Shown: positions 9,985-18,398 of the stretch, piece after piece
Numbering within the stretch: position 1 is the stretch's first letter
How the letters are laid out: the number at the start of each line of letters is the position of its first letter
Assembly: GCA_050331735.1 (NCBI GenBank)
Contig: JBHJGN010000006.1
Coordinates: 41,856 to 105,855, forward strand
DNA from: Cyanophyceae cyanobacterium
GTDB taxonomy: Bacteria; Cyanobacteriota; Cyanobacteriia; Cyanobacteriales; JBHJGN01
Reading direction: 5' to 3'
DNA length: 64,000 bases
Notes under the pieces: model-generated
Seen by the model: the letters and a program-made list of their open reading frames with translations, nothing else
What the model was told of the DNA's origin: nothing
The model's database searches: none
Translations under genes and position numbers: made by a program

Positions 9985-10838
9985 TGGATGTTAACTTTTC
10001 GATTATAGTCCTTTTGCCGACTTTCTAACAAGGATTGGTATTGTTGCGAACTGGCCCAGCGGTCGATTTCTCGGGCCCGCAGAACTGGAACTGGATGAGT
10101 TAACTGAGCAGTTTGCGCACTTTTGAGCATCTCGCCCAGTTGAGTATTGCTGATAGCGTCGTAATCTCTTGCCTGAGCGATAAACGCTTCTAAATTGAGT
10201 TGAGGCGCTAGCGTTGGCGAACCGCCTGCCAGCTTCATCAGCACCGACATTACCACTTTCGGTTCCTGAATGGCCAGCAGCGCGGCGCGATCGCAGCTAA
10301 ACTCAGCACAGCGTAACCAGGCCATCATCTGTTCCTGAAGCGACTGAGCAATGACGGCTCCCCAGGTAGGCAGTAAATTGGCTGCGAGGACCATCAGATT
10401 AGCCAACGTCAGATAAACACCGTGTTCGCACTTAAGATGCCCCAGTTCGTGCGCCATCACGGCCTGAATTTCTTCAGGGGTCAGCATTTCAATCAGAGAC
10501 GTGTGCAGCACCATAAACGGTTGCTTCCCCCTCATGGCGAAGGTGTAAGCGTTGGGGACCGGATTTTGCTGGACGTAAAGCTGAGGCGGCTCTAGATCGA
10601 GCACCCGACAAGCTTCTAACAGCAGCTTATGGAGATGAGGTAATTGGTTGCCGCTGACTTGAACGCTAGAGGCAATGTTGTTGAGGTAGAAAAACTGCTC
10701 GCCCACAGGACCAAGCAGGCTGCGAACTGCTAAATCTAACCCCGGCAACTGCTTCAACGCTTGGGTAGCCTGAAAATCTAGCGGATGACGAAATTCGTTG
10801 GCGTTGAGACCAATCAGTTGAGTTTTGGAGATGCTCAT
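9963..10838 (-). CDS. M48 family zinc metallopeptidase; 3' end overlaps tRNA-Leu
   Basis: HELGH (HExxH), AEFSCDRAA and THP motifs. Confidence 0.93.
   Translation of the reverse strand: MSISKTQLIGLNANEFRHPLDFQATQALKQLPGLDLAVRSLLGPVGEQFFYLNNIASSVQVSGNQLPHLHKLLLEACRVLDLEPPQLYVQQNPVPNAYTFAMRGKQPFMVLHTSLIEMLTPEEIQAVMAHELGHLKCEHGVYLTLANLMVLAANLLPTWGAVIAQSLQEQMMAWLRCAEFSCDRAALLAIQEPKVVMSVLMKLAGGSPTLAPQLNLEAFIAQARDYDAISNTQLGEMLKSAQTAQLTHPVPVLRAREIDRWASSQQYQSLLESRQKDYNRKVNIQGGWRNW
10002..10031 (-). promoter_or_regulatory. Putative sigma70-type promoter for tRNA-Leu inside the M48 CDS
   Basis: Minus strand TTGTTA-N18-TATAAT; perfect -10 at 10007-10002, 17 nt upstream of the tRNA 5' end. Confidence 0.6.
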
Positions 10839-10863
10839 CGTGGGAAGAATTTGAATTTAATAA

Positions 10864-10930
10864 AGCGATTAGCTCTTAGCTAGATTTAGGGAAATCACTA
10901 AACAAGCGGCTAATCGCTAACGGCTAAGAG
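10864..10930. repeat. STRR-like nested inverted repeats (intergenic hairpin)
   Basis: AGCGATTAGC / GCTAATCGCT and AGCTCTTAGC / GCTAAGAGCT. Confidence 0.55.
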
Positions 10931-10945
10931 CTGTTAATCAAATGC

Positions 10946-11365
10946 TCAAGAGTCGAACAGCCAGCCTTTCACTCGATGCATACTTTCCCAGTCTGGTTTT
11001 CTCGCCAAACCGTCGGCAATATTTTCGGCAATATCGCTACGAATTTGAGCATCGAGTCCGAGCATCTGCTGAACGGCCTGGATATGCTGACGCACTCCTG
11101 TTTGTCCGGCATCTAGCATGGCAAGAGCCAAGTTAATTCGGGCTTGGGGCGCTTGGGGATCGAGTTTTACTCCCTTTTGCGCCGCTTTACAGGCTTTGTC
11201 GGGTTTGTCTGTTAATAGATACAGCCACGCCAGACAGCTCCAGGCAGAAGCGTTTCTGGGCGCGCGATCGCAAACGTCTTGAAATACGGGAATCAGGCTT
11301 TGAGGTGATTCTCCGGCTTTATAGCGTTCTAACCCTTCGTCAAAGAGAGCAGCAGCTTGGGACAT
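10946..11365 (-). CDS. TPR-like conserved protein
   Basis: AWSCLAWLYLL..KPDKACKAAQKGVKLDPQAPQARINLALA helical repeat pattern. Confidence 0.8.
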   Translation of the reverse strand: MSQAAALFDEGLERYKAGESPQSLIPVFQDVCDRAPRNASAWSCLAWLYLLTDKPDKACKAAQKGVKLDPQAPQARINLALAMLDAGQTGVRQHIQAVQQMLGLDAQIRSDIAENIADGLARKPDWESMHRVKGWLFDS

Positions 11366-11395
11366 ATTAAATGAGTAATTTCGATACGCCTGATG

Positions 11396-11755
11396 CTAAA
11401 CTCCGAAGGATTTACCGCAGCCGCAGGTTTGATTCGCGTTGGGATTAGTAAACTGAAAGCCGCCTCCGATCATGGCATTGCTGTAGTCGAGAACAAGACC
11501 ATAGAGATACAGCATACTTTTGCGATCGCAGACGATCTGGAAGCCGTCGTAATCAAACACCTCGTCATCGGTGCGCACGTTGCCGCTCTCTTCAAAGTCC
11601 ATCATGTAGGACATTCCCGAACATCCTCCTTGGCGAATGCCCACCCGCAAGCAGAGATCCTTCCCTTGCTGAGCGCGCAGCAGGATAATATGCTTAAGGG
11701 CAGTTTCAGTTAGCTGAATGCCAGAATTAGGTTTAGCTTGAGTGGCCTGTGTCAT
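11396..11755 (-). CDS. iscA: Fe-S cluster assembly A-type carrier (IscA/SufA/HesB)
   Basis: GGCSGMSY and CGCGKSF motifs; likely start MTQATQ at 11755 rather than 11803. Confidence 0.92.
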   Translation of the reverse strand: MTQATQAKPNSGIQLTETALKHIILLRAQQGKDLCLRVGIRQGGCSGMSYMMDFEESGNVRTDDEVFDYDGFQIVCDRKSMLYLYGLVLDYSNAMIGGGFQFTNPNANQTCGCGKSFGV

Positions 11756-12000
11756 CAGTATTAGAAACTCCGAATAGACATCAATACGAACAATTTTAAT
11801 CAAGGTCTTGCCATTCTAAGAGAGCAACAAGCTTTTTTTTACTATTCTAACGAGTAATCTCCCTCGTTTTCTAAGACGATTCAACCCTGCGGGCTTCTTT
11901 CCTTCAGGCTTGAACGCGGAATTGTTGTCTGCTGTGGGGAGAGCCGTTAGGAAGCCTTTGACCCAAGCCCTCAGAGATCGACAAGAAACCTCACTGAATT

Positions 12001-12330
12001 CTATAGACTATCCTTGCTCAAGGGAACTAAATCTCCATAGGTTGTCAGCCCAAGAAACATCGATTGATTTTCGGCAATCAATTGGCCTGTTAAAACACAG
12101 CGTTCGTCTTTTCTAGCCGTTGCTTCGATGGTGGCGCGAATATCAACCGGAGAGAATTGGGGCCGATAGTCTCCTAACTTTTGCTGGACGTAGTTCCACA
12201 AAATATCTCTAATCAAGGCTTGGTATCCTTGAGTTCCAGAAAGTGCTTTGAGCTTGTCTTTTAAACTTCTCTCTAGACGAATACTAGTCACTTCCATCTC
12301 TGTCGTTGAAGTGCGAGAAAGAGTCCGCAT
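12001..12330 (-). CDS. Conserved cyanobacterial protein with ribbon-helix-helix-like N-terminus
   Basis: EVTSIRLERSLKDKLKALSG..GYQALIRDILWNYV fits the RHH beta-helix-helix pattern; start MRTLSR at 12330. Confidence 0.7.
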   Translation of the reverse strand: MRTLSRTSTTEMEVTSIRLERSLKDKLKALSGTQGYQALIRDILWNYVQQKLGDYRPQFSPVDIRATIEATARKDERCVLTGQLIAENQSMFLGLTTYGDLVPLSKDSL

Positions 12331-12521
12331 GTTTTTTCCTCTCAATGGCGATTAATGGTAATACAAGTGTAGTATAAGCTTAGTTGTTTGCCTACAGGAT
12401 TTAGGGCTACGTAGTCGGAAACTGGGCAGCAGTGACTCTCAAAGAACTGGCATAGAGCATACCTGATGAGGAACTTATTTCTTCATAAAATAAAGATCTC
12501 AAAGCATTCTTCAGTGAAAAA

Positions 12522-12941
12522 GTGATGGCAAGACTAGCAGGTTGTTTAATTTCCACTGCTTTAGTTGCAGGTTTGTTAGGAATGGCGACAGAGGCTAACG
12601 GTCAAATTGTCGTCGGACAGACTACCACTCCGCTCTCTCTTCAGGGACAGTCGGGCGGACCTGTTGATAGTAAAGGATGCGGTTTTATTGCTGCGACTCC
12701 TAATCATGCAATCAACGTGACCGATCGCCTGGACTATCTGCGACTTAACGTACAGGCGAATGGAGAACCGACTTTACTTGTCGATGGACCGGGGGGAAAA
12801 TTTTGTGTTCTTGCCGATCAGGTTTCAGGAGCCAACCCGGAAATTTCTGGGGTGTGGATGCCGGGTCGTTATTCAATCTATGTTGGCGATCGCACAGGTT
12901 CTCAGCACCAGTACACCATCAACATCTCTCAGCAAAAATAG
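12522..12941 (+). CDS. Exported hypothetical protein (small beta-sandwich, PPC-like)
   Basis: Signal peptide; CGFI...PNH, PTLLVDGPGG.FC and GRYSIYVGD motifs. Confidence 0.75.
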   Translation: MMARLAGCLISTALVAGLLGMATEANGQIVVGQTTTPLSLQGQSGGPVDSKGCGFIAATPNHAINVTDRLDYLRLNVQANGEPTLLVDGPGGKFCVLADQVSGANPEISGVWMPGRYSIYVGDRTGSQHQYTINISQQK

Positions 12942-12943
12942 TG

Positions 12944-13321
12944 CTAATCTTCTCGGGACTGAGCCGACACGTCTACCGCTTCAACATCAATTGTGCCGGG
13001 GGGAGTCAGGCGAACAAATTGTCTTGATTCTACCTTAAGCGGCTCCTTGCAGTTAGGACATTGACACTGCGTCCCGTTAAATCCCGTGAACTCGTAGCGA
13101 CAGACAGGACACTGAGATTCAACTAGGTTGCGCTGCAGCCACCAGCGAAAGACAATCCACCCTACAGCGGGCAGCAACAGAACCGCCGCCACCACAACCA
13201 GCAACCCATTGGCGAGCCAGCCGAGTCCGACTGACCCTAGCAAAAAAGCGATCAGGAAGACGGTGAGCAAACAGCTAAGGCCAGAGCTGTTGACCTGAAG
13301 TAGCTTGGGATTAGGGTTCAC
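12944..13321 (-). CDS. Membrane protein with Zn-ribbon (CPVC...CPNC)
   Basis: Two TM helices, two CxxC pairs, C-terminal PGTIDVEA. Confidence 0.8.
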   Translation of the reverse strand: MNPNPKLLQVNSSGLSCLLTVFLIAFLLGSVGLGWLANGLLVVVAAVLLLPAVGWIVFRWWLQRNLVESQCPVCRYEFTGFNGTQCQCPNCKEPLKVESRQFVRLTPPGTIDVEAVDVSAQSRED

Positions 13322-13427
13322 GGGTAAACTCCTAGGCTCTGCAATGGGGTGGTATTTCTATCCTAATCTAGGCTTTCCCACCGGACAACTCGTGGTGTAG
13401 CGTACAACGGCGGAACCTTGAGCAAGC

Positions 13428-14609
13428 TCAGCCAGCTAGCAGTTGCTGTAGTCTTTTAGACAAGGACTGCTTGCTGAACTTCTCTAAGGTGTGCTGGCGT
13501 AGGAACTGACCGTGACAGCGCCGATCGTTGCCTGACAAAATTTCGATGCAGGCACGGGCAACGCTGTCGGGGTCTCGATGAGGAACCCGCCATCCTAACC
13601 GTCCGTCCTGAAGAGGATCGGCAGAACCGTCATCGTCCCCCGACAGCACGGGAATGCCGCAGACTAGAGCCTCTAGGTAAACAATTCCAAATCCCTCTTG
13701 AGAAGGCATAATGTAAGCATCGGCGACGCGGTAATGCTCTACCAACTCTGCGGTCGGGACGAACCCGGCAAACACGACTTTTTCGGCCACTTTTAGTTCT
13801 TTAGCTAGCCTCGCTAAGCGTGGCTGGTCGTCTCCCCGACCAATAACTAAGTACTTGAGTGCTGGAAATCGCTGGACAATTTCGGGAAGGGCGCGAATGG
13901 TGACATCTACTCCTTTGTAAATGTCTCCTGACCATAGCCGCGCTACCGTCATGAGAACTTTAGCATCGGCGAGGCCGTATTTTTCCACTAGGGCGGTGGG
14001 TTTAGGTCCGGGGGTAAAGAGAGTGCCATCTATAGCGCAGGGCAGAATTTGCACGTTCTGGGACGGAACGCGATTGGCGGTGCAGAGGCGATCGCGGCTA
14101 TAGCGGCTGATTGTCCAAATGGAATCAGCCTGCTGAAGAGCTTTCCGTTCGTAGGGGGGGAGAGGTTCCCATACTTCTTTGCCGTAGGTCAAGACGGTGT
14201 AGGGCAGCCTCAGCGGCTGGCACAGAGACCGAACTAGCGGCGCTAGCTTAATGTGCCCGCATAGAACTCGCTGCGGTCGCCGCCATCCCAAACACATTAG
14301 CAGGGCGGTGGCGAGTTTGAACCGGCCTTGCCAAGCTGGCAAGGTTTTCAAATAGTGAAATTTGATCGCTCCTGTCTCCAGAGGGTTGTGGCATCCTGGT
14401 GCATCTCGCAGTAAAAAGACTTCTGCCTGAAGAGAATGACCCGATTGCTCTAAATAGGCTTGCAGAACGTCTTGAACATAAGACTGAATCCCCCCTTCTT
14501 GAGAAAAGATTTCTAAAAAAACGAAGACGTGACTAGTGGCTGTAGCGGTTTGTCCTAAATCACTTTTCTTCACTCTCTTCCCCCTCATACAGTTGGTGCC
14601 TGCGAACAA
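13428..14609 (-). CDS. GT4 family glycosyltransferase (start uncertain)
   Basis: GGIQSY, YKGVD and EGFGIVYLEA motifs. Confidence 0.92.
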   Translation of the reverse strand: MFAGTNCMRGKRVKKSDLGQTATATSHVFVFLEIFSQEGGIQSYVQDVLQAYLEQSGHSLQAEVFLLRDAPGCHNPLETGAIKFHYLKTLPAWQGRFKLATALLMCLGWRRPQRVLCGHIKLAPLVRSLCQPLRLPYTVLTYGKEVWEPLPPYERKALQQADSIWTISRYSRDRLCTANRVPSQNVQILPCAIDGTLFTPGPKPTALVEKYGLADAKVLMTVARLWSGDIYKGVDVTIRALPEIVQRFPALKYLVIGRGDDQPRLARLAKELKVAEKVVFAGFVPTAELVEHYRVADAYIMPSQEGFGIVYLEALVCGIPVLSGDDDGSADPLQDGRLGWRVPHRDPDSVARACIEILSGNDRRCHGQFLRQHTLEKFSKQSLSKRLQQLLAG

Positions 14610-14654
14610 CCCTTTCTAGACTGATCGCAGGCACCTCTAAAAATCTCGGTCAGT

Positions 14655-15137
14655 TTAGAACAGGCCAAGAGTCAGCGATTTGTCGATGGGGAAAGTGGCA
14701 CCAATCCCTAACCAGATAGTTACCGCGGTACCAACTAAGAAAACCGTTGTGGCGACCGGGCGGCGGAAGGGGTTTTGGAACTTATTGACGTTTTCGATAA
14801 AGGGAACCAGCATTAGACCTAGAGGAATAGCCGCCTGAGCAGCAATTCCCAGGAGTTTGTTAGGAACAATCCGGAGAATTTGGAAGACGGGGTAGAGATA
14901 CCACTCGGGCAGAATTTCTAGAGGAGTGGCAAAGGGATCGGCTGGTTCGCCAACAACGGCTGGGTCGAGGACGGCGAGGCCAACGCACAGGGCAATCGTG
15001 CCGAGGATCACAATCGGGAACGTGTAGAGGAGATCGTTCGGCCAAGCAGGTTCGCCATAGTAGTTATGGCCCATGCCTTTGGCTAACTTAGCGCGCAATT
15101 TAGGATCGGCTAGATCCGGCTTTTTTAAGGTTGACAT
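14655..15137 (-). CDS. petD: Cytochrome b6/f complex subunit IV
   Basis: MSTLKKPDL...[16 protein letters not shown]...PEWY; real start 15137 (160 aa), not 15281. Confidence 0.98.
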   Translation of the reverse strand: MSTLKKPDLADPKLRAKLAKGMGHNYYGEPAWPNDLLYTFPIVILGTIALCVGLAVLDPAVVGEPADPFATPLEILPEWYLYPVFQILRIVPNKLLGIAAQAAIPLGLMLVPFIENVNKFQNPFRRPVATTVFLVGTAVTIWLGIGATFPIDKSLTLGLF

Positions 15138-15282
15138 TTTATTCTCCTGAATCTCAGAATCAGCAGGCAGTACAGTAATGTTAATCAAAATACTAGCGTT
15201 TAACGGCCACAGTTTGGTCACCTTTTCAGCAGATTTCGCCGCTGAAGATAGAAGAGGCAGGAAACGCCAGGGCGATCGCAAT

Positions 15283-15951
15283 TTACAAAGGACCAGAGAT
15301 CCCTTGCTTGCGAATCATCAGGAAGTGAAGCAGCATGAAGACGGCGATGGCCCAAGGCAGCACGAAGGTGTGCAGACTGTAGAATCGGGTCAAGGTAGCT
15401 TGTCCAACGCTAGTACCGCCTCTCATTAGCTCGACAAGCTGATCGCCAACAACAGGAATTGCCGCCGGAACGCCAGAGACGATTTTCACAGCCCAGTAGC
15501 CGATCTGGTCCCAGGGTAAGGAATAGCCCGTAACGCCGAATGTAACGGTGATGACGGCCAGGATCACTCCAGTGACCCAAGTGAGCTCACGGGGCTTTTT
15601 GAATCCACCGGTGAGGTAGACCCGAAAGGTATGCAGAATCATCATCAACACCATCATGCTCGCTGACCAACGGTGAATCGAGCGGATGAGCCAGCCGAAG
15701 TTGACCTCATTCATGATGTACTGAACCGAAGCGAATGCCTCAGTTACGGTAGGCCGATAGTAGAAAGTCATTGCAAATCCAGTGGCAAACTGGATTAAGA
15801 AGCAGGTGAGCGTAATTCCCCCCAAACAGTAAAAGATGTTGACGTGGGGCGGAACGTACTTACTGGTAATATCGTCTGCGATCGCCTCAACTTCTAGGCG
15901 CTCGTTAAACCATTTGTAGGCCGATGAGTTGGTTACTTGTTTAGAAAACAT
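15283..15951 (-). CDS. petB: Cytochrome b6
   Basis: [32 protein letters not shown]; 222 aa. Confidence 0.99.
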   Translation of the reverse strand: MFSKQVTNSSAYKWFNERLEVEAIADDITSKYVPPHVNIFYCLGGITLTCFLIQFATGFAMTFYYRPTVTEAFASVQYIMNEVNFGWLIRSIHRWSASMMVLMMILHTFRVYLTGGFKKPRELTWVTGVILAVITVTFGVTGYSLPWDQIGYWAVKIVSGVPAAIPVVGDQLVELMRGGTSVGQATLTRFYSLHTFVLPWAIAVFMLLHFLMIRKQGISGPL

Positions 15952-16330
15952 GAAGCCAGTATTTGCTGAGTAGTAAATATTATACGGATGTTTTAGATCG
16001 AAGAGGGCTGATTGAGTCGCTCGTCACTGCCTCAGTAAACCTCTGTGGTTCAAGGATTCAGAGCTGAGCCTTAATTCTCTCCATCAAATGTAACATAGCT
16101 GCTCGGCAGAATGTTAACTTTTGTTTGAGGAGATTAAGAACGCCAAGGCTAGGGAAGGTGGCCCAGAGAATTGTTACAGTTAAAGACTAGTAACGCTTTT
16201 GGCAAAATGGCTGCCCAAAGTTTTTCTCCGTTTCGTATAGAACGCTAACTTGCTACTCAACTATTCTAGTTCAGCAACAAAAGTTTAAAGCCCCTAAACT
16301 TTAAGTAATACTTAAAAAAAAGTTAACGCG

Positions 16331-17566
16331 GTGCTCATGGGCAAAAGAGTCATTGGGGTCATGCTGACCTTTGTTCTCACAATTATCTCCTGGTGGTGGT
16401 CTCCTACTGCTGCTGCTTTTACAGAGGATCAAAAGCTACTACTACAGTCTTGGCGAATTGTCAATCAAGCTTATCTCGACGAAACGTTTAACCATCAGAA
16501 TTGGTGGCTGATTCGCCAAAAGCTGCTGAAGCGCCCTCTGACCGAGCGAGAAAAGACTTACACCGCAATCGAGGAGATGCTTGCGAGCCTGAATGACCCG
16601 TTTACACGGCTACTCAGACCTGAACAATATCGGAGTTTACAGGTCAGTACTTCTGGAGAACTCTCCGGAGTGGGGCTGCAAATTAATCTCAACGAGCAAG
16701 GAGAGCTAGAAGTGGTCGCCCCGCTAGCGGGCTCTCCGGCAGAGTCAGCCGGAATCGAGCCGCGTGATCGCATCTTAGAAATTGACGGCGTAGATACCGC
16801 TAAGCTAGCTCTCGACGAAGCCGCCACCCGGATGCGGGGGCCCGTTGGCACAACGGTTTCTTTGAAAATCCAGTCAAACGCCAGCCAAGAAACACGGACC
16901 GTTAAGCTAGTCAGGGACACAATTTCTCTCAATCCCGTTTACGCGCAGCTCGACGAGCAGCCCGAAGGCGCCAGGGTAGGCTATCTTCGCCTTAATCAGT
17001 TTAGCGCCAATGCCGTCCAAGAAATTGCTCATGCGATCGCCAAGCTAGAACAACAGGGAGCCGATGCCTACATTCTCGATCTCCGTAATAATCCGGGAGG
17101 ACTGTTACAGGCAGGAATTGAGATTGCTCGCCTGTGGCTAGATAATGGCACCATTGTCTATACGGTCAATCGGCAGGGCATGTTAGGCAGCTTCGATTCC
17201 TATGGTTCGGCTTTAACCGAAGATCCGCTAATCGTGTTAGTGAATCAAGGAACCGCCAGCGCCAGCGAGATTTTGGCGGGGGCGCTTCAAGATAACGGGA
17301 GAGCTCTCCTAGTGGGAGAGACTACGTTTGGTAAGGGGTTGATTCAGTCTTTGTTCGAGCTTGCTGATGGCTCTGGGTTAGCCGTTACCGTCGCTAAGTA
17401 TGAAACACCAAGCCATAGAGATATCAACAAGGAAGGGATAGTTCCAGATCAAGTGATTTCTCAAGCCCCCATTACTCTACAGCAGGTCGGAACAGCAGTA
17501 GATCAACAGTACCAAGAAGCGCTGCGTCTGCTGAGGGCTCACTCCGTGTTAGCCGATGCAGCCTAG
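16331..17566 (+). CDS. ctpA: Carboxyl-terminal processing protease (S41, PDZ), D1-processing CtpA type
   Basis: LDLRNNPGG, TASASEI and TFGKGLIQ motifs; divergent from petB. Confidence 0.9.
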   Translation: MLMGKRVIGVMLTFVLTIISWWWSPTAAAFTEDQKLLLQSWRIVNQAYLDETFNHQNWWLIRQKLLKRPLTEREKTYTAIEEMLASLNDPFTRLLRPEQYRSLQVSTSGELSGVGLQINLNEQGELEVVAPLAGSPAESAGIEPRDRILEIDGVDTAKLALDEAATRMRGPVGTTVSLKIQSNASQETRTVKLVRDTISLNPVYAQLDEQPEGARVGYLRLNQFSANAVQEIAHAIAKLEQQGADAYILDLRNNPGGLLQAGIEIARLWLDNGTIVYTVNRQGMLGSFDSYGSALTEDPLIVLVNQGTASASEILAGALQDNGRALLVGETTFGKGLIQSLFELADGSGLAVTVAKYETPSHRDINKEGIVPDQVISQAPITLQQVGTAVDQQYQEALRLLRAHSVLADAA

Positions 17567-17576
17567 TTTCAGTGAG

Positions 17577-17620
17577 CAGTGACTAGTCATCAGCGATCCG
17601 GTAAACTAGTTTAGTCACTG
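17577..17620. terminator. Inverted repeat between convergent genes (possible bidirectional terminator)
   Basis: CAGTGACTA (17577-17585) / TAGTCACTG (17612-17620). Confidence 0.45.
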
Positions 17621-17678
17621 ACTGATAACTTTCTGAGCCTGTCAGCCTACAGTAACTAGCAACGGTGGCTGTTGTCGA

Positions 17679-18398
17679 TTAGCGTAATAGCCAGTCGTCG
17701 ATCAGGTTGAGAACTGTTGTTGGTCCTAATCCTCTGACAGATTTAACGACATCCTGGTAGTTAGCAAACGCTCGCTTCTTTCTAGCACTGATGATCCCTT
17801 GGGCTAGTTTTTCCGCACCTCGGACTTTAGAACGCTCTAACTCAACGGCTAGTTCTGCTTCGCTCAAAGTATTGAGTGCTTCTAGAGGCTTAAGGCGCTG
17901 AGGAATTAAGCTTTCGATTTCTCTCAATCGATTGTCAGTCCTGGCTCTTTCTTGAGTTTGTTCTTCTCTAACCTGATTTAGACCTTTCTCGACCCGTAAC
18001 TCCAGATTCATCAACCGCGATTCTAAAGACTGGAGACTGCCAGTGGCAGCCGCTGTATCAGTTGCTAGCGCACTGTTTCTGGCCGTAGCCGAGAGTTGCT
18101 GAAGGGTCTCTATCTGCTGAATAGCGGCTGCTTCCCTTCCTTCTGGAACGACCAACACGTTGACCATTTCTGCTTGACGAGGATTTTTCTCACTGGCTCT
18201 GACAGCAGCGTAGTATTCTAAATGACCATAAATGACTTCGTAACTTTCAAAGGCTGTTTTTTTCAAAACTAACGGTTTTAACAATCCTTCAGTTTCTAAT
18301 AATCGCTCGGCGAGCCGCTCAAGATTTGCTTCCGAAAACTGGGAGCGCGGAACGTTAGAAGTAATGCTTTCTACATCTACCTTCAAAAAGGTGGCCAT
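17679..18398 (-). CDS. ParB/Srx-like N-terminal domain + coiled coil + C-terminal helix-hairpin-helix (ComEA-like) protein
   Basis: VDVESI...PRSQFSEANLERLA...LLKPLVL...YEVIYGHLEYYAA (degenerate ParB box); C-terminal LNTLSEAEL...AQGIISARKKRAF..YQDVVKSVRGLGPTT. Confidence 0.8.
   Translation of the reverse strand: MATFLKVDVESITSNVPRSQFSEANLERLAERLLETEGLLKPLVLKKTAFESYEVIYGHLEYYAAVRASEKNPRQAEMVNVLVVPEGREAAAIQQIETLQQLSATARNSALATDTAAATGSLQSLESRLMNLELRVEKGLNQVREEQTQERARTDNRLREIESLIPQRLKPLEALNTLSEAELAVELERSKVRGAEKLAQGIISARKKRAFANYQDVVKSVRGLGPTTVLNLIDDWLLR

Noticed and set aside
15138..15281. 48-aa N-terminal extension of PetD
   Set aside because: Canonical start MSTLKKPDL at 15137 has an AGGAG RBS; the extension is an open spacer
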